From assembly GCF_009914755.1 (NCBI RefSeq), contig NC_060940.1: DNA of 64,000 nucleotides; one strand, 5' to 3'. A program made the translations under genes and the position numbers. Under the pieces are notes generated by a model that saw only the letters and a program-made list of their open reading frames with translations, ran no database searches and was not told where the DNA came from. Source of the DNA: the human T2T-CHM13v2.0 reference genome, Homo sapiens. Positions 59,494 through 64,000 of the stretch are shown here, in pieces; the stretch's first letter is position 1; each line of letters opens with the position of its first letter.

Positions 59494-60080
59494 GTAATCA
59501 TACTTTAAGAAATACATTCACGATAACAGTATTTCTATCCTATAATATAATATTGCATTCGTAATCAGCAATTATGTTGCTATCTATAATTTTGCCTTAA
59601 ATAAATTTCAATTGTTCTATTTCGATGTATGCTTGTCAAAATATTATAAAGATATGTTGAAAAACTACTTCTGAAAGAATTTATTCTCTTTCATTTTATG
59701 AGCTTCTTTCATTGAGCATCTATTATATAGTCATATAATGGAAACAAGGAGATAAAATGATAATGAGAGGATGGTGATGATTATACTTGTAATAGTTGTT
59801 GTAAACTTTTACTAAGCACTTACTATGGGGCAGGTACTTTTTAAAGTGCTTTACCCATATTATTTTACATATTACCTGAAAGATGAGCCACTACCCTCAA
59901 AATGCTCATAAATAGTAAGAAGAGACAAATGAGGAAAGAGAAAAAACAATATAATAAGCATTATGCTGCAGGTAAAGGTGAAGTGATTTGAAGAATGAGT
60001 AGACGTAGTTGTCAATGGAAGGATTGGCCTACTATGATCTCTCGAAGTGGTTGTCCCACTTTTCTTTAAAAGACTTTGTG

Positions 60081-61310
<1,230 letters not shown>

Positions 61311-61450
61311 ATCCAATAAAGACCAATACATAATAGTCTAACCTCAGAGTTTTTTTTTTATACTTGACAGTCTGAAAACTACATATAATTCTGACTTCTT
61401 ATGTTATTTTGTGGCTGCTAAAGCCCTCCAATAGATAAAGAGGTGGCAAT

Positions 61451-62492
<1,042 letters not shown>

Positions 62493-62505
62493 CAATGCAT
62501 GTGTG

Positions 62506-63773
62506 TTTTCTTTTCTTTTCTTTTCTTTTTCTTTTTCTCTTTTTTTGAGACAGAGGCTCGCTTTGTTGCCCAGGCTGGAGTGCAGTGGCACGGTCTCAGC
62601 TCACTTCATCCTCTGCCTCCCAGGTTCAAGTAATTCTCGGGCCTCAGCCTCCCAAGCATCTGGGATTACAGGTGCCTGCCACCTCGACCAGATAATTTTT
62701 TGTATTTTTAGTGGAGACAAGGTTTCACCATGTTGGCCAGGCTGGTCTCGAACTCCTGACCTCGTGATCCGCCTGCCTTGGCCTCCTAAAGCACTGGGAT
62801 TACAGGCGTGAGCCACCGCACCTGGCCCCTTTTCTTTTACTTTCATCTTCTTTTTTTTGGTCTTGCTCTGTCACCCAGGCTGGAGTGCAGCCTGGAACTC
62901 CTGGGCTGAAGTAATCCTCCCACTTCAGCCTCCTGAGTAGCTAGAAATATAGACACACACCACAACACCTGGCTAACCAAAAAACAAAACAAAACAAAAA
63001 AAACAAAAAAACTGTAGAGACAGGGTCTCTCTATGTTGCTAAGGCTGGTGTATGTTTGTTTTCAAGCTAGGAATGTTCATGATAGGTTAGAGAAAAGGTA
63101 GAATAAACTGGCATTTTGTAGTGCCAATATGGTATCACACTAATAGCCCCTTAGGAAATAAAATACTAACACACGTTTATTGAACACTTACTATTGGTTA
63201 AGTACTCTATTGAGCACTTTACATGAATTGGGTCAATGTAATTTAATTCATGTAATAATTCTAAATGGTTACATTTTTACTATGTGTTACATATTGTTAG
63301 TAATTTCATTCTATATGTCAGGAAACTCAGGCATGGAGAAGTCTATTAATTAGGGTTCAGTCATGGAAAAATGAAACCACTCCAGATATTTCAAACATAA
63401 TGGTATTTAGTACAGAGAATTAGATGCTCATAAGTTTGTAAGGGCTGGAGGAGCTACTGTCACATTGGTTTTCTTTCTTTTTTTTTTTTTTTAGACAGAG
63501 TTTCACTCTTGTCACCTAGGCTGGAGTGCAATGGTGCGATCTCGGCTCACCGCAACCTCTGCTTCTGGGTTCAAGCAATTATCCTACCTCAGCCTCCTTA
63601 GTAGCTGGGATTACAGGTGCCCGCCACCACGCTTAGCTAATTTTTGTATTTTTAGTAGAGACAGGGTTTCATCATGTTGGTCAGGCTGGCCTTGAACTCC
63701 TGACCTCAGGTGATCCGCCTGCCTCGGCCTCCCAAAGTGCTGGAATTACAAGCGTGAGCCACCACGCCCAGCC
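62506..63773 (-). mobile_element. Alus 62506-62827, 62850-63050, 63470-63773; MIR remnant ~63170-63345; old LTR remnant from ~63345
   Basis: Alu consensus; MIR core GGAAACTCAGGCATGGAGAAG. Confidence 0.75.
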
Positions 63774-64000
63774 TCACATTGGTTTTCATTTGTGCTGCTG
63801 CCTCTGTGGTCCAGAGAATAAGAAGGGTGCTGCTTCTGCTGCCCAAAGGGCAGAAAAGTTCAGAAAACCACTGTTGTCACAGCTGCCTTTAAATAACTGA
63901 GACAGGGACTGGTGCGAAAGAGAGCCAAAGCCTAAGGAAAAAACCCACAATAACATGTATCTCTGCCACTTTTCAAATTTCAGGAAGTGCATTACACTGG

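Overview
Primate (human-like) genomic DNA with no supportable protein-coding gene. Most of the window is repeats: about 90 Alu elements or fragments, more than 20 ERV1/MaLR solo LTRs (many nested), old L1M/L2/MIR pieces, and a ~1.9 kb nearly pure A/T simple repeat at 1266-3211. Most listed ORFs are chance frames in Alu, LTR or low-complexity DNA. The main non-TE signal is a minus-strand, TE-fragmented copy of the lncRNA NORAD (LINC00657), or of a NORAD paralog, at ~31954-37750. It keeps several diverged NORAD repeat units, three perfect Pumilio elements (UGUAUAUA) plus one UGUAGAUA, and a CpG-rich 5' end with a YY1 motif and a 9-bp-periodic triple MYB motif. This may be an old NORAD retrocopy whose 5' end still acts as a promoter, possibly in the germline. 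The NORAD assignment and repeat family names come from recalled sequences and need BLAST/Dfam confirmation. Coordinates are read by eye (about +/-10-20 bp unless a target-site duplication, TSD, is quoted).
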